A stretch of 64,000 nucleotides of DNA, taken from positions 46,686,001-46,750,000 of the forward strand of contig CAIIXF020000001.1 of NCBI GenBank assembly GCA_903813345.2, read 5' to 3'. The notes beneath the pieces were generated by a model. That model was not told the origin of the DNA, did not search any database, and was given only the letters and a program-made list of their open reading frames with translations. This stretch comes from Owenia fusiformis (lineage: Eukaryota). This document shows, one piece after another, positions 1-12,400 of the stretch (position 1 is its first letter; each line of letters opens with the position of its first letter). The translations under genes and the position numbers were made by a program.

Positions 1-1092
1 GTTTGTGATCTTGTTTGATGACCTTGACCTTTGACCTTAAAAATTTTACTTTTTTAGACCTCAATATATCTTTTCTGGTTGAATAAACTTTAATTTGAAT
101 CCAGAAAATCGATTTGAAAAATCAACTTTTTTGACCTTTCGAAGGTCACTGAAGGTCAAGTAAAGGTCATAGGTCAAAACTAAGGTCAGATTTGAGTTCC
201 TGAGATCTTGTAGATGCATTTTAAAAAAAAGTTCGGTCAATTTAGAGCAAGTTGAAATTTGACCTTGAAAAATTTCGAAATTTGACCTTTTTTCAGTTTT
301 TGAGTTCTAATATCTCAAAACTGGAGCAAAATTTTAATAAATTGTCAATTGCTAATATGTGTAGAACTTTTAGAGGAATACATATTCTGACTTTCAGTAA
401 AAAAAATTGATTTGTAGTCTCCAATTTTGAGAAACTTAGAAAACACAGTTTGTGATTTCGTTTGATGACCTTGACCTTTGACCTTGCAAATTTTACTTTT
501 TTAGACCTCAGAAGGTCTTTTGTGAATAAATATAGCTAAATTTGAATCCAGAAAATCGATTTGAAAAATCAACTTTTTTGACCTTTTGGAGGTCACTGAA
601 GGTCAATCAGAGGTCGAAGGTCAAAAGTAAGGTCAGATTTGGAATCCTGAGAACTTGTAGATGAGTTTTGAAAAAAAAATTGGTCAATTTGAAGCAAGTT
701 GAAAAAAGACCTTTTTTGACCTTTTTTTGACCTTCAATATCTCAAATTCTAGGCAAAATTTCTCTAGACGGCAAAAGGCTAAGACTAATAGAATACTAAT
801 ATCTATCTGTGTGCAAAAATTCAGCCAAAAATATTGAAGTGTAGTGTCAGGATTTGAGAAACTTGAAAAAAACTTAGATTTGACCTAGATTTTGACCTTT
901 GATCTTGACCTAGATAAAAGTTCCTTTCCCGCCAAGTTCAGCCCAGGTCCCTAGTAGGAGTATGTAGTACCTAGTTGAAAAGTAGTTGGAAGTAGGATAA
1001 AAAGAGGGAGGAAGAATAAATAATAAAGAATAATAATAAAGAATAATAATATCTACAAAATTGATAGGAGGCCCCCCGATGGGGCCTCCTAA
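1..1092. mobile_element. Helentron-associated (HINE/pearl-like) non-autonomous element with internal ~440 bp satellite units; copy 1, truncated by the window edge
   Basis: TGACCTT/AAGGTCA-rich units (unit starts at about 1 and 448), then an (AAT/GAATAA)n microsatellite at ~1010-1050 and the terminal hairpin GGAGGCCCCCCGATGGGGCCTCC at ~1067-1089. Confidence 0.75.
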
Positions 1093-1098
1093 TAATAA

Positions 1099-2978
1099 CT
1101 AGATGTATAAGAAGATTGCAAGCAATCTTACGGAGGCCCCATAGGCTTTTTTGAACATTTAAAGGTCAGCCAAAGGTCAAATCTTAAAAACAAGGTCATA
1201 TATGAACTCCAGGCATCTTGTAGATGATTTAAAAAAAAAGTTTGGTCAATTTGAAGCAATGTGAAATTTGACCTTGAAAAATTTCAACATTAGACCTTTT
1301 TCAGTTTTTGAGGTCCAATATATCAAAACTGGTGCAGAATTTTAATAGCTAATCAATTGTTAATATGTGTAAAACCTTTAGAGGAATATAAATCCTGACT
1401 TTAGTTCAAAAATATTGATTTGTAGTCTCAAACTTTGAGAAACTTAGAAAACACAGTTTGTGATCTTGTTTGATGACCTTGACCTTTGACCTTGAAAATT
1501 TTACTTTTTTAGACCTCAGTATATCTTTTCTGATTGAATAAACCTAAATTTGAATCCAGAAAATCAATTTGAAAAATCAACTTTTTTGACCTTTCGAAGG
1601 TCACTGAAGGTCAACTAAAGCTCATAGGTCAAAACTAAGGTCAGATTTGAGTTCCTGAGATCTTGTAGATGGTTTTAAAAAAAATTTGGTCAATTTAGAG
1701 CAAGTTGAAATTTGACCTTGAAAAATTTCGAAATTTGACCTTTTTTCAGTTTTTGAGTTCTAATATCTCAAAACTGGAGCAAAATTTTAATAGTGCTAAT
1801 ATGTGTAGAACCTTTAGAGGAATATATATTCTGACTTTCAGTAAAAAAATTGATTTGTAGTCTCCAATTTTGAGAAACTTAGAAAACACAGTTTGTGATT
1901 TTGTTTGATGACCTTGACCTTTGACCTTGCAAATTTTACCTGTTTAGACCCCAGTGGGTCTTTTGTGAATAAATATACCTAAATTTGAATGCAGAAAATC
2001 GAGTTGAAAAATCAACTTTTTTGACCTTTCGAAGGTCACTGAAGGTCAACTAAAGGTCAAAGGTCAAAAGTAAGGTCAGATTTGGAATCCTGAGAACTTG
2101 TAGATGAGTTTTAAAAAAAAATTTGGTCAATTTGAAGCAAGTTGAAATTTAGTCTTGAAAAGTTTCGAAATTTGACCTTTTTTCAGTTTTTGAGTTCTAA
2201 TATCTCAAAACTGGTACACAATTTTAATAAATAGTCAATTGCTAATATGTGTAGAACCTATAGAGGAATATATATCCTGACTTTCATGAAAAAATATTGA
2301 TTTGTAGTCACCAAAACTTAGAAACTTAGAAAACACAGTTTGTGATTTAGTTTGATGACCTTGACCTTTAACCTTGCAAATTTTACTTTTTTAGACCTCA
2401 GTGGGTCTTTTGTGATCAAATGTACCTAAATTTGAATCCAGAAAATCAATTTGAAAAATCAACTTTTTTGACCTTCCGAAGGTCACTGAAGGTCAACCAA
2501 AGGTCAAAGGTCAAAAGTAAGGTCAGATTTGAGTTCCTGAGAACTTGTAGATGATTTTTAAAAAGAAATTTGGTCAATTTGAAGCAAGTTGAAAAATGAC
2601 CAATTTTTATCGTTTTTTGACGTCAATTATCTCAAAAACGGTAAAAAATTAACGCGAACATATAGTGAGTAATTTGTAGGGAATGCTTATATCTAGTTAC
2701 ATTTTAATTCATCGCAAGAAATAATGAGGTATGAGGACGAAATCTGAGAAACTTAGAAAAAACTTTGATTTGACCTAGATTTTGACCTTTGACCTTGACC
2801 TAGATAAAAATTCCCTTCCCGGTAAGTTCAACCTAGGTCCCTAGTAGGTTCATATAGTAGATAGTTGAAATCTAGTTAGAAGTAGGAGAAAAAGTGCGGA
2901 GAAGAATAAATAATAATAATAAAGAATAAATAATATCTATAAAATTAATAGGAGGCCCCCCGATGGGGCCTCCTAATT
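1099..2978. mobile_element. Helentron-associated (HINE/pearl-like) element with satellite core; copy 2, apparently complete
   Basis: 5' hairpin AAGATTGCAAGCAATCTT plus subterminal GGAGGCCCC. Units of ~440 bp start at about 1456, 1891 and 2337. AAT microsatellite at ~2900-2935 and the same terminal hairpin at ~2951-2973. Confidence 0.75.
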
Positions 2979-4078
2979 ATTGATGATGTTTCAAGTAGGA
3001 ATACTCGAGTAAATCAAATACATGTAGGTATAAACATCTGTCAAGTTGTGTACAGTCATATACTAATATTGTTTGAGCCTATTTTCATCTTTAATTAAAA
3101 AAATAATGTTGATTTCAAAACAAAACTAGCCATAGTTTTCTCCTGATGTCCATTGTGAATTATTGTGTTTTATGGATTATGGTGACGACTTTACGAATGG
3201 ATGTTGACCCTTTGAATTGAATTGAATTGTTAAAAAGTGGAGGTTTTTACTTTCTGTTGATTTGAGGAAATAGTTTTGTTGTCCTGCATGTTTTTATAGA
3301 TTACACTGTATGATTTTTTCAATTATCTGGGCCAAAGTTGCTTTTGACCCTTGGATTGTAACATTGTAATATATTTGAATTGAACAAAAAAGGAGAAACC
3401 ACTTTACTCAATAATAAAGATTTTACTTCCTTGATATGTGACCAATAACATAACAGAAAATACTACTTAAATCTTTTAAGGACTTCCTCATTTCAAATCG
3501 TGCAGGCTCCCAAATTGTGATTTAGAATCAATTAACATGTCACAGCAATCAAGAACACTACTCAGACTTTATTCAATTAAACATACTTATGTTACATATG
3601 TAACTAAGTTTGTATCATCATAATAATTTTACTTTTCATAAACACAACTTATTTTCTTCATAGAGTTGTGAAAACAGACAATGTCCTTTCTATTCAAAAA
3701 CATTTCTATTTTTGAAAGATACTTTAAGGAGCTATTGCGTGTGATATGGGGTTAGGTATCTCATATTCCAGTCAATCTCTAAGAATCTCACAGGTATTCC
3801 TTGGAACTCAGAAATTAGAGCATTTTATATCCGTATCTATTGAACAAACAACATGCAGTGAGGTTGGGATGAATTATTTTTGAAATAAAGATACATGTAC
3901 CCAGATACCGATTACATGGAAAAGCCATTTCCCTATATTATACATGGTTTTAGTAAAAAAAACAAGTTGTTTATTATGTTTAAAGCAAATAAAACAGGAA
4001 CCTCATTATATGGAAAAGCCACTTCCCTATACTGTATATGGTTTTAGTTCAACAACATGTTCTTTAAAGCAAATAATA

Positions 4079-4432
4079 CAGGGTGGTCAAAAAACTGGAA
4101 ACCCTTGCACCATTTTCCTTATATCTTTATTATTTTAAAAAATAACTTTGCACATTTGTACATCACTCAATTTCCTACCAGCCTACCATATTTCATGACC
4201 ATCTGATTGATACTCACCATGTCCAAAATGTCCCTACCTATGGGGATATGGCAGAGATAGAGTGTTGTTCAAAGTGCTGTAAAATTGTGACTATCAATCT
4301 GATGGTCATGAAATATGGTAGGGTGGTAGGAAATTGAATGATTTACAAATGTGTGAAATATCAGGGAGTAATTTCTTAAAATGACAAAGATATGAAGACA
4401 ATGAAGGGTTTCCGTTTTTGTTGACCACCCTG
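4079..4432. mobile_element. Tc1/mariner-type MITE
   Basis: Imperfect TIRs CAGGGTGGTCAAAAAACTGGAAACCCT / AGGGTTTCCGTTTTTGTTGACCACCCTG, flanked by TA on both sides; the interior is partly palindromic. Confidence 0.7.
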
Positions 4433-4933
4433 TACATTAAAAACAAAGATGGTAAAACATTGCACCACATTTGTAGCCTATATAGTTCATTATGTTGAAT
4501 CAAACCAGAGTCATATTAAACAAGGAAGGTATATGGACCAGTGTCAGTTACATTTTTTTTACATTTCTACATTTCTCAGATATAACATTATTTGATTTCA
4601 TTCTGCCATATTACTTTAAGTAAATCATTCATATTACATTAACAACTCATAAAAGTGATGGATATTGAAAAGCAAAAACTGTCAAAATCTAAATTATGTT
4701 TTGAATATCATGTGATAGTTCCATATAAAGCTTGTAGGACCATATAGGGAGTGCTCATGAATATTAATCAGTGGCAAGTAATTGGCAAATAATTATAGCA
4801 CATACTCACTTCAGAATATAGCACTTAAATTGATTGATATTAAAAAGTTAAAGATCAATGCATTCAACATGTTATATATAAACATCTAGATTTGAATGCA
4901 AACACATTTGTGAAGTAGACTCTCATATGACAC

Positions 4934-7369
4934 ATGTATGCTGTCAAAAGCAAAATGATGCAAGGAAAAATATTTCTGAGTCTAGTGGTCATTCTTTGGG
5001 CCAGCAGATGTTCAGATGGGAACATTGGAGAGGTAGAGCAATGCACAGAAAGTAGTTGTGGTGGTATTAATCATGAGGACTGCACAGTACGCTGCAATAA
5101 TATGATTCTAACTGATGGACTGCCAAAAATAAACCGACATGTTAGAGTCTTGGAGATTCGCGATTCTCTGATGCCAACTATCAAGAACTACAACTACGAA
5201 CCCTTGGTTAGGTTAGTCAAAGTCTTCATTAATGCTTCAAATGTAACGCATGTGAACATTGATGCATTTGAGAAAATGCCAAACATTGAAGTTTTGCACA
5301 TAGAGCACAATAACCTAACCACTATATTGAATGCTGGATTCAACTTGAAGCACCTTAATGAACTAAGCCTGATAGACAATAATATCAGAACCATTAAGTT
5401 CTCAGTGTACAAATCGATTCAAATTTCCTTGTCTCATAATCCTATAAAAAACATACTCCCTGGAACGTTTGCAGGCTTCAAATCTATCAAGAATGTGTCT
5501 TTATTTCTAAGAGATATAAAAATACAAAAACTGAACATACACACATTTACTGGTTTAAATGAATTATATGAGTTGGACATTAGTGACAATAATTTAGGTG
5601 AAGATGGTTTGGAAAGTATCGCGAACAGTACACAAGGAAAAAAGGTAAAAAAACTAACAGCTGCAAACTGCTCAATGAAGTCACTGAAACCAGAAAGTTT
5701 TGAAAAGTTAAGCCATGTTGAATGGCTTAATCTCAGTAGCAATTTATGGGAAACATGGCCGAATAATACTCTTAAACATCTAGAAAATCTAGAATCATTA
5801 ACAATCGACAATAGTCCTTACTTTGCATTTTTTGAAGCAAGTAACGAAATGAACAATGTGAAAAGTATATCATTCCGTTCAAATGCACTCCTGAAATCGA
5901 ATACGATTTCTACTATTTTCAACAACTCCCAAAAGTTGGAATATTTGGATATAAGCGACAATCATTTTCAAGACAGAGTAAACGAGATCAGTCCATTGGA
6001 AACGTTAAAAGTATTTGACATGTCGCAAAACAATCATCCCTTGGTCAAAGAACGAGTCAATTACTTCAAAACAATGCCAAACCTTATAATATTCAATATG
6101 CGCAATGTTAATTCCGAACACCAAGAGAAAGGGGACTTTGACTTGGGATCAGTTGCATTGACCAACATGAAACATCTATGGAAACTTGATTTAAGCCATA
6201 ATACTGCAGTACTTACGAATGAACATATCAAATTCAGTTACTCCGGCTTAATAAGTCTAAGAGATGTGAACCTATCTTACAATAAGTTACAGGACTGTCT
6301 TGATGCACTCATTGAATTATTCAAACTTTTTACATCTGTCGAAACTCTGAATTTAGAGCGGAACAGTCTCATGGAACTGCCAAAGCATATATTTGAGTCT
6401 ATGACAAAATTAACCGACCTACATCTAGAAGACAATCGATTGACATACTTTTCTAAAAAATATCTCCGGAGAAATCTAAACATAAAAAATCTGCATCTTC
6501 AAGAAAACTCCATAAAATATATCAGTGGATTAGCATTTGTACATTTACAACGACTGAGCATGCTGAATATAAGCAAAAACCCTTTCATATGTAACTGTAA
6601 ACTGAGACAGTTTAGAGACTGGATACAAATTAAAAAACATTTAGTACATGGCTCTGATCAAAAATGTGCAGAACCTCTCGAAATGAATCATTTGCGTATC
6701 AACTCATTTGAAATCCCATGGACAGAATGCGATGACATGTGGATTATCCTGGTAGCCCTAGTTTTTGCGATTTGTTTGATTCTTGGGATTTTACTGATAT
6801 ATTTTCGTTGGGATATCAAATACTGGTGGAGTCTACGTAGATCAAGACGACGTCGCAATGGATACACAGAGCTAAATGAGACCATTGGGGGAAGATACCA
6901 GTTTGACGGATTTGTGTCCTATAACAGTGAAAGTCAGAAATGGGTCATTGACTTCATGTTACCAAATATGGAACAATCCCAAGATGACATGAATTTCAAA
7001 ATCTGTTTTGATGGACGTGACTTCATTCCTGGAAAGTATATTGCTGACAATATCATTGATTCAATACAACAAAGCCGCAAACTGATTTTTGTCATAACGG
7101 AAAAATTCATCAAGAGCCAGTGGTGTGGTTTTGAACTAGAAATGGCCAATTTGAGACAATTTGACGAAAAAAGGAACCTCGTTGTGCTAATTTTCCTAGA
7201 GTCAATTCCGAAGAAGAAACTACCACGAAAAATCAGACTTCTTATGAAACACATGACATATATTGTATGGGACAAAGAGAATGCACGGGCCCAGAGTCTT
7301 TTCTGGAAGAAGTTAAAGCTGTGTATGATGGATGAACCAAATGACCTTATGTTTGGACAAAATCCTTGA
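4934..7369 (+). CDS. Toll-like receptor, single coding exon, single-cysteine-cluster type, 811 aa (start may be Met8/Met9)
   Basis: Signal peptide, Cys-rich LRRNT, many LxxLxLxxN repeats, LRRCT (NPFICNC...C..P), TM helix (MWIILVALVFAICLILGILLIYF) and TIR domain (FDGFVSY, RDFIPG, SQWCGFEL, FWKKLK). Confidence 0.97.
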   Translation: MYAVKSKMMQGKIFLSLVVILWASRCSDGNIGEVEQCTESSCGGINHEDCTVRCNNMILTDGLPKINRHVRVLEIRDSLMPTIKNYNYEPLVRLVKVFINASNVTHVNIDAFEKMPNIEVLHIEHNNLTTILNAGFNLKHLNELSLIDNNIRTIKFSVYKSIQISLSHNPIKNILPGTFAGFKSIKNVSLFLRDIKIQKLNIHTFTGLNELYELDISDNNLGEDGLESIANSTQGKKVKKLTAANCSMKSLKPESFEKLSHVEWLNLSSNLWETWPNNTLKHLENLESLTIDNSPYFAFFEASNEMNNVKSISFRSNALLKSNTISTIFNNSQKLEYLDISDNHFQDRVNEISPLETLKVFDMSQNNHPLVKERVNYFKTMPNLIIFNMRNVNSEHQEKGDFDLGSVALTNMKHLWKLDLSHNTAVLTNEHIKFSYSGLISLRDVNLSYNKLQDCLDALIELFKLFTSVETLNLERNSLMELPKHIFESMTKLTDLHLEDNRLTYFSKKYLRRNLNIKNLHLQENSIKYISGLAFVHLQRLSMLNISKNPFICNCKLRQFRDWIQIKKHLVHGSDQKCAEPLEMNHLRINSFEIPWTECDDMWIILVALVFAICLILGILLIYFRWDIKYWWSLRRSRRRRNGYTELNETIGGRYQFDGFVSYNSESQKWVIDFMLPNMEQSQDDMNFKICFDGRDFIPGKYIADNIIDSIQQSRKLIFVITEKFIKSQWCGFELEMANLRQFDEKRNLVVLIFLESIPKKKLPRKIRLLMKHMTYIVWDKENARAQSLFWKKLKLCMMDEPNDLMFGQNP

Positions 7370-8238
7370 ATTTGATCCCAAAAAACAATAGGGAAATAAA
7401 CATGCTTCCATATACTAGTTATTGATGCTTATGGGTAGACGATATACATAATGTTAAGCCCAATTTTATCCCAGTGCTCTACTTGGTTTTGTATATATCG
7501 TATGTATGTATATATGTAAATGATGGTTAAAGACATTCTGTATGTTAATGAAATAATTTGCATGCTGTGTATATCTGGCATACTTTTGTACAATTAAGGT
7601 GGATCTGTTCCAGAGTTCAAAATCAAAATATTTGGATTAAATGTCTAAAAGAAACTTCCTTATATTTATGTAGCTTGTAAAGATATATGAGACCTAAATA
7701 CAGGTGTATATTTTTTTTTTACATTTATGAGTAAAAATGTGAATATTATTCAAATACTTTACTTATCAATTTATCATGCTTTGAGAGACATCATAGCTTT
7801 GTTTGTTTCAATTACTTTGTATATAAGTTCACGAGGTTGGTAAGGATCATAAATGTCTGTAAAGATTTAATAGAGTTTTATAGCTTAAACGAATCTGCAA
7901 CCACATCTCGTTTAACTGTTACACATAAATCTGGTGAATGCATTACAGATTTTAGATTAGTGAGCTAAAAATGATGTGCGGAAAGCTCTCTATTGACTGA
8001 TTGTCAGACTTATTTATCAAAACACTTAAAACATGAATAGTTTGAGTTTTGACACATAAGGCCTTATCTTATCTCAATCACGTTATTTTGGAAAATAAAC
8101 ATTTATGTAATACTTCATCTGCTTTTATCTCCATTTATTTGAATTCATAACTTCACATCGTACACTTGAAAGTGATCAACTTAAGTGATATCCCTGATAA
8201 AGGAAGCTGCCAAAATATCAAAAACATTACTGCATGTA

Positions 8239-8442
8239 CAGTAAAACCTGTCTAGTGGAACACATTTGGTACCTCTAAAACATGTTCCACTTACATCGGG
8301 TGTTCCACTTACATTGGTTGTTCCACTTAAAGAGGTGTTCCACTTACAGAGGTGTTCCACTTACAGAGGTTAGTTGGTCTTTGGACTGTTCTACTTACAG
8401 AGGTGTTCCACTCCTAGGTGTTCTATTTTACAGGTTTCACCG
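8239..8442. mobile_element. pogo/Tigger-like MITE with internal ~18 bp tandem repeats
   Basis: TA|CAGTAAAACCTGT ... ACAGGTTTCACCG|TA; internal array of GAGGTGTTCCACTTACA units. Confidence 0.65.
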
Positions 8443-9413
8443 TAATTTATTTTTATGCCTCTGACTTACCCATCCCAATTTTAATAACAAAATATGGAAA
8501 TGTATTTATATATACACTGTATAACTCCTATTGTTGCTCCAAATAATTAGTGATATTATAAGTAATTGTAACCAATGAGAGCCAGGGTCACTGGGAACCT
8601 GGTTGCAGTTTGCACACTTATCATATTTTTATATAAATTATCATATAAAAGTGCCTAATGTTTAAGTGCTATGCAACATTATAAAAACCTTTCAGATAAA
8701 TTGAAATGATAAATTGTATGTATATATGTATGTGAAGAAAGGTTAGGCTATTCAAATAAATAGTACGCCTTTTCTCATAAACGTTGCTGAAAACATTCAA
8801 ATTCACTGATATTTTTTTGAAATTTTGAAGTTAAATAATAAGCAGAAAAAAAGTGATAAAATACTTAATATAACCATAAATTCCAAATGTATTTTTGAAA
8901 ACATGACAACTTCCTTATATTAAGGTGATATTTCAACCTTAGATTTGCCATATCTTTAATTTTTGTAAAAATAATTTACCATACAAGGCCATCCCCTTTC
9001 AAGAAAAGGGTATGCAATTTCTCATTATTCATAAATGAGCATTGCCTTGGCATTTCAAAAATGCTTCCTGTACACATTCCAAGAAAAAATCATTTTGCAT
9101 GTATAATTTAAAGGAATGACTCAAAAATAAAACATGATTTATGCATGATGCATGTTGATTATATGATACAAAATGGATTTCATCATAATTTTTTTGGAAG
9201 TAATGAAAGTTTGAGTTCTCTCAAAAATTATATTTTTATTGGACTTTGTTCCTGAATAATTACCCACAATCCAACACTTGAGGAGAATATTTTGAGACCT
9301 CTTTTCCGTATTGGTCATTCTTGTTTACTTTTAAATGAGATGAGATAAAACATATTTTATATTCAAATCATATTTACATTATTTCAAGATAATACCAAGA
9401 CATATAAATGTAT

Positions 9414-12400
9414 TTATCTAGTTCTCTTTGAAAATATGATAGAAAAAAGAAGCATACCAAAGCTAGATTTGAAGTTCTCATTTATTACACAGAGTAGCAT
9501 ACCCTTCTCTTTAAAGCCGATGATAAGTGTGACATGTCTACATACCCTAGACATTATCTGTTTATTTGAGCCTGAAGTTTTGGGTGCTTGTTGAGATTCA
9601 CTATTTTTTCCGACTGACATCCGAGCAGTTTTTGAACTTTTGCCTCCTTTGCCTCCTTTGCCTTTTGAACTTTTGCCCTTTCCCTTTCCTTTACCGGTGT
9701 AGGAAGTTCCAGTTGTTCCACGCTGCTTTCCAAAGGTTTGTGGTTTCTGGGACAACACACAGTCCTAAAATTGCAATTATTTAGTATGTCAATTTTATCC
9801 ACCAGTTGTGTTTCCATATTATAATAAAACATTATGATATTAGTGAAAAGGGAATTGAACGAAAAAACATGTAATGATACAGGGCGATTGGTATGAAAAG
9901 GAAATTGAACGAAAAAACATGTAATGATACAGGGCGATTACAAGGCTGTTACTGACGCCAAACACCAACCACCAAACACCATCCATAAAAAAAGTTAGAC
10001 TATAACAATATGTCACCTCTTCTGGAGGTGACAAAAAAAACAGAAGATATAATTGCTAGTATTTGAGGTAAAGTCTCGAATCTGAGATATATGCCCAAGG
10101 TTAGCAAGCTAAAGATTATTTTAGTATCAGGCTGTCAGGTGTATAAGTACTTTGATGAAATAAAATAGTTCTGCTATAAACCTCATATCCATCCGATATA
10201 TAGGGGTTATGCACTGGGAGGTTTTGGATACAGGGAATATCCCGAGGGATATACAATATATCTTCCCGAGGGACCGAAGGGATCGAGGGAAGATGTATTG
10301 TATATCCCAAGGGATATTCCATGTATCCAAACCGACCATGCATAACTGGTGTATCTCATACTTGAGTGGGTTTAGGGTAGATATAACCTTTTCCACCTTT
10401 TTCAAATGACAAGATATTTATATTTAACATTTTCGTTATATTCTTTTTGTTCAATACAATGAAATTGTAACATTTAAACTTAAAGAAATTAAATTTTAAA
10501 ATTAAAAAATTAAAACTTTTGATATTTAAACTTTTTTAAACTTTTGAAAAATTCCCGGGAGCAGGATGGATATATTATATCTGCCCGCATTTGGCCTGGA
10601 GCGGGACATATACAATATATCCTGCCCGCTCCTCAGATACGATATATATTCCCGGGTGATATCTACCCCAAACCCACTCAAATATGAGATACACTCATAT
10701 ATATTTTTCCATTTATAACATGTTAAACATAAATAATGTATAATACATGTATACTTTTTTAAGTATTTTGAATACAACTTCTTTATTTTTTAACTGAGAG
10801 CAATTCAATGAGTGTACAAATTAATGTACAATGTACTTATACAATAGACTCACATCTTCCGCCATTTTCAATAGCTTAACAAGGGCCCTTGTGGCCATTC
10901 TACATACTGGGGAGTACACTTCGCCCGGGCAAACCTCTAGTATTGTCTCCATACGGGCAATCATCAACATTACATTCTCATCATAATCACTGAAATAAAC
11001 AAATACATACTTTAAAACCTCAAACTATGATCAGATATTATATTAGATGTTTAGATTAGATGTTTTAGGGTGAAACTATATAATTGTGACATCACTCCAA
11101 ATACATTTGATCCCCATTACCATAACAACCAAAACTTAATTTCAATAATAGCCAAGACATCGATCAAAGATAAGGTATTCAATTTCCTAAGAGATTATGT
11201 CTCCAAAATGTTATTAACATCAATATTCTATACAAAAATGAAGCCATCAATACGAGCTTACGAGATACCCCCATCATAGATCTGGTTCATATTTTTCACT
11301 GCAGTCAAATTGTAAGCAGCTTACCTGTCAGTGAGCTTGAGGGAGGGGTCCAGTATTGCCCTTCCATCCATGGGCCAGGGATCTGCCTCCGCCGCACATA
11401 AGGGGGTGTAGAAGATCCCCTGGGGGTGCCCATGACGCACCTTACTCCCATAAAGCAGACGTAGAGATGGAATTTCAGCCCAAATACTGTCCTCAACCTT
11501 GTAGATTCCTAGCTTCTTCCCACGTCTAGAAAAATATATTTTAATAAAACTATAGTCATGAAAGATTGAAAAAGCATTTTTTGCTTCTGACATTTCACAA
11601 TCTGGTCAGTGAAATCAAGTGGTTACAAAAGTGTACCAATTTATTAGGGATACTTAATCCCAGTCATTAAAATTGGTGACTATTACAATATATTGTACAA
11701 ATAGTGACTGCCATTGAGGGAAATAGTGCAAAATATTTTCCTCAAGGGAATATCCTGTCCACTGACATGTTCCCGAGGCTGCAGGCCGAGGGAACAAGTC
11801 AGTGGACAGGATATTCCCGAGAGGAAATTTTTTACACTATTTCCCGAAAATGTGGCAGTCACTATTTGTTTTATTATATACCTGATAAGTACTCTGTAAA
11901 CAAAAACAAAATGAGAAGTCTTTTCATTTCAATATCAAATGTTCACAATTAGTTCATCTATTCCATGTCATGTGACCATGAATAAGCCAATGAGCATCTA
12001 GAATACATTTGAGGTATATCAATTCAATTCAATTTTCAATTTATTCATACATTTAATCATTATGTGTACATATATTATTAATAACAGGTGGCACCACAGG
12101 TGATGCTTATACCCGTAGTAGTTAAATCATATAGCATATCATTATGTTGTCAAGGAATCAAACCAGAATGTAATCACAAAAGTTAGGTAAATAAAAAAAG
12201 GTTGTGGGGGGATCCATGATGCTAATTTCTTTTGAAGCCAAGAAGGTGCCATATGCCATGGGAAAAAATTATGAATGTGTAGCTTCATTAATTATTATTT
12301 AAAGACGCCAGGCTACCGCGTTGACGCCAATAATTTTCTAAAAGTGTGATTCTTATAAAATATTAGTTATTATTGTACCTTCCCCAAGGTTGGTACGATC

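Noticed and set aside
5194..7275. Several minus-strand ORFs of 65-125 aa
   Set aside because: Antisense shadows of the TLR coding sequence.
8280..8420. Short regularly spaced repeats resembling a CRISPR array (also 44548-44735 and 17900-18840)
   Set aside because: Tandem units lack unique spacers, the context is eukaryotic, and there are no cas genes.
8470..9320. Candidate further ZSWIM exons with minus-strand donors near 8470 and 9263
   Set aside because: Weak acceptors and no recognisable similarity; unsupported without RNA data.
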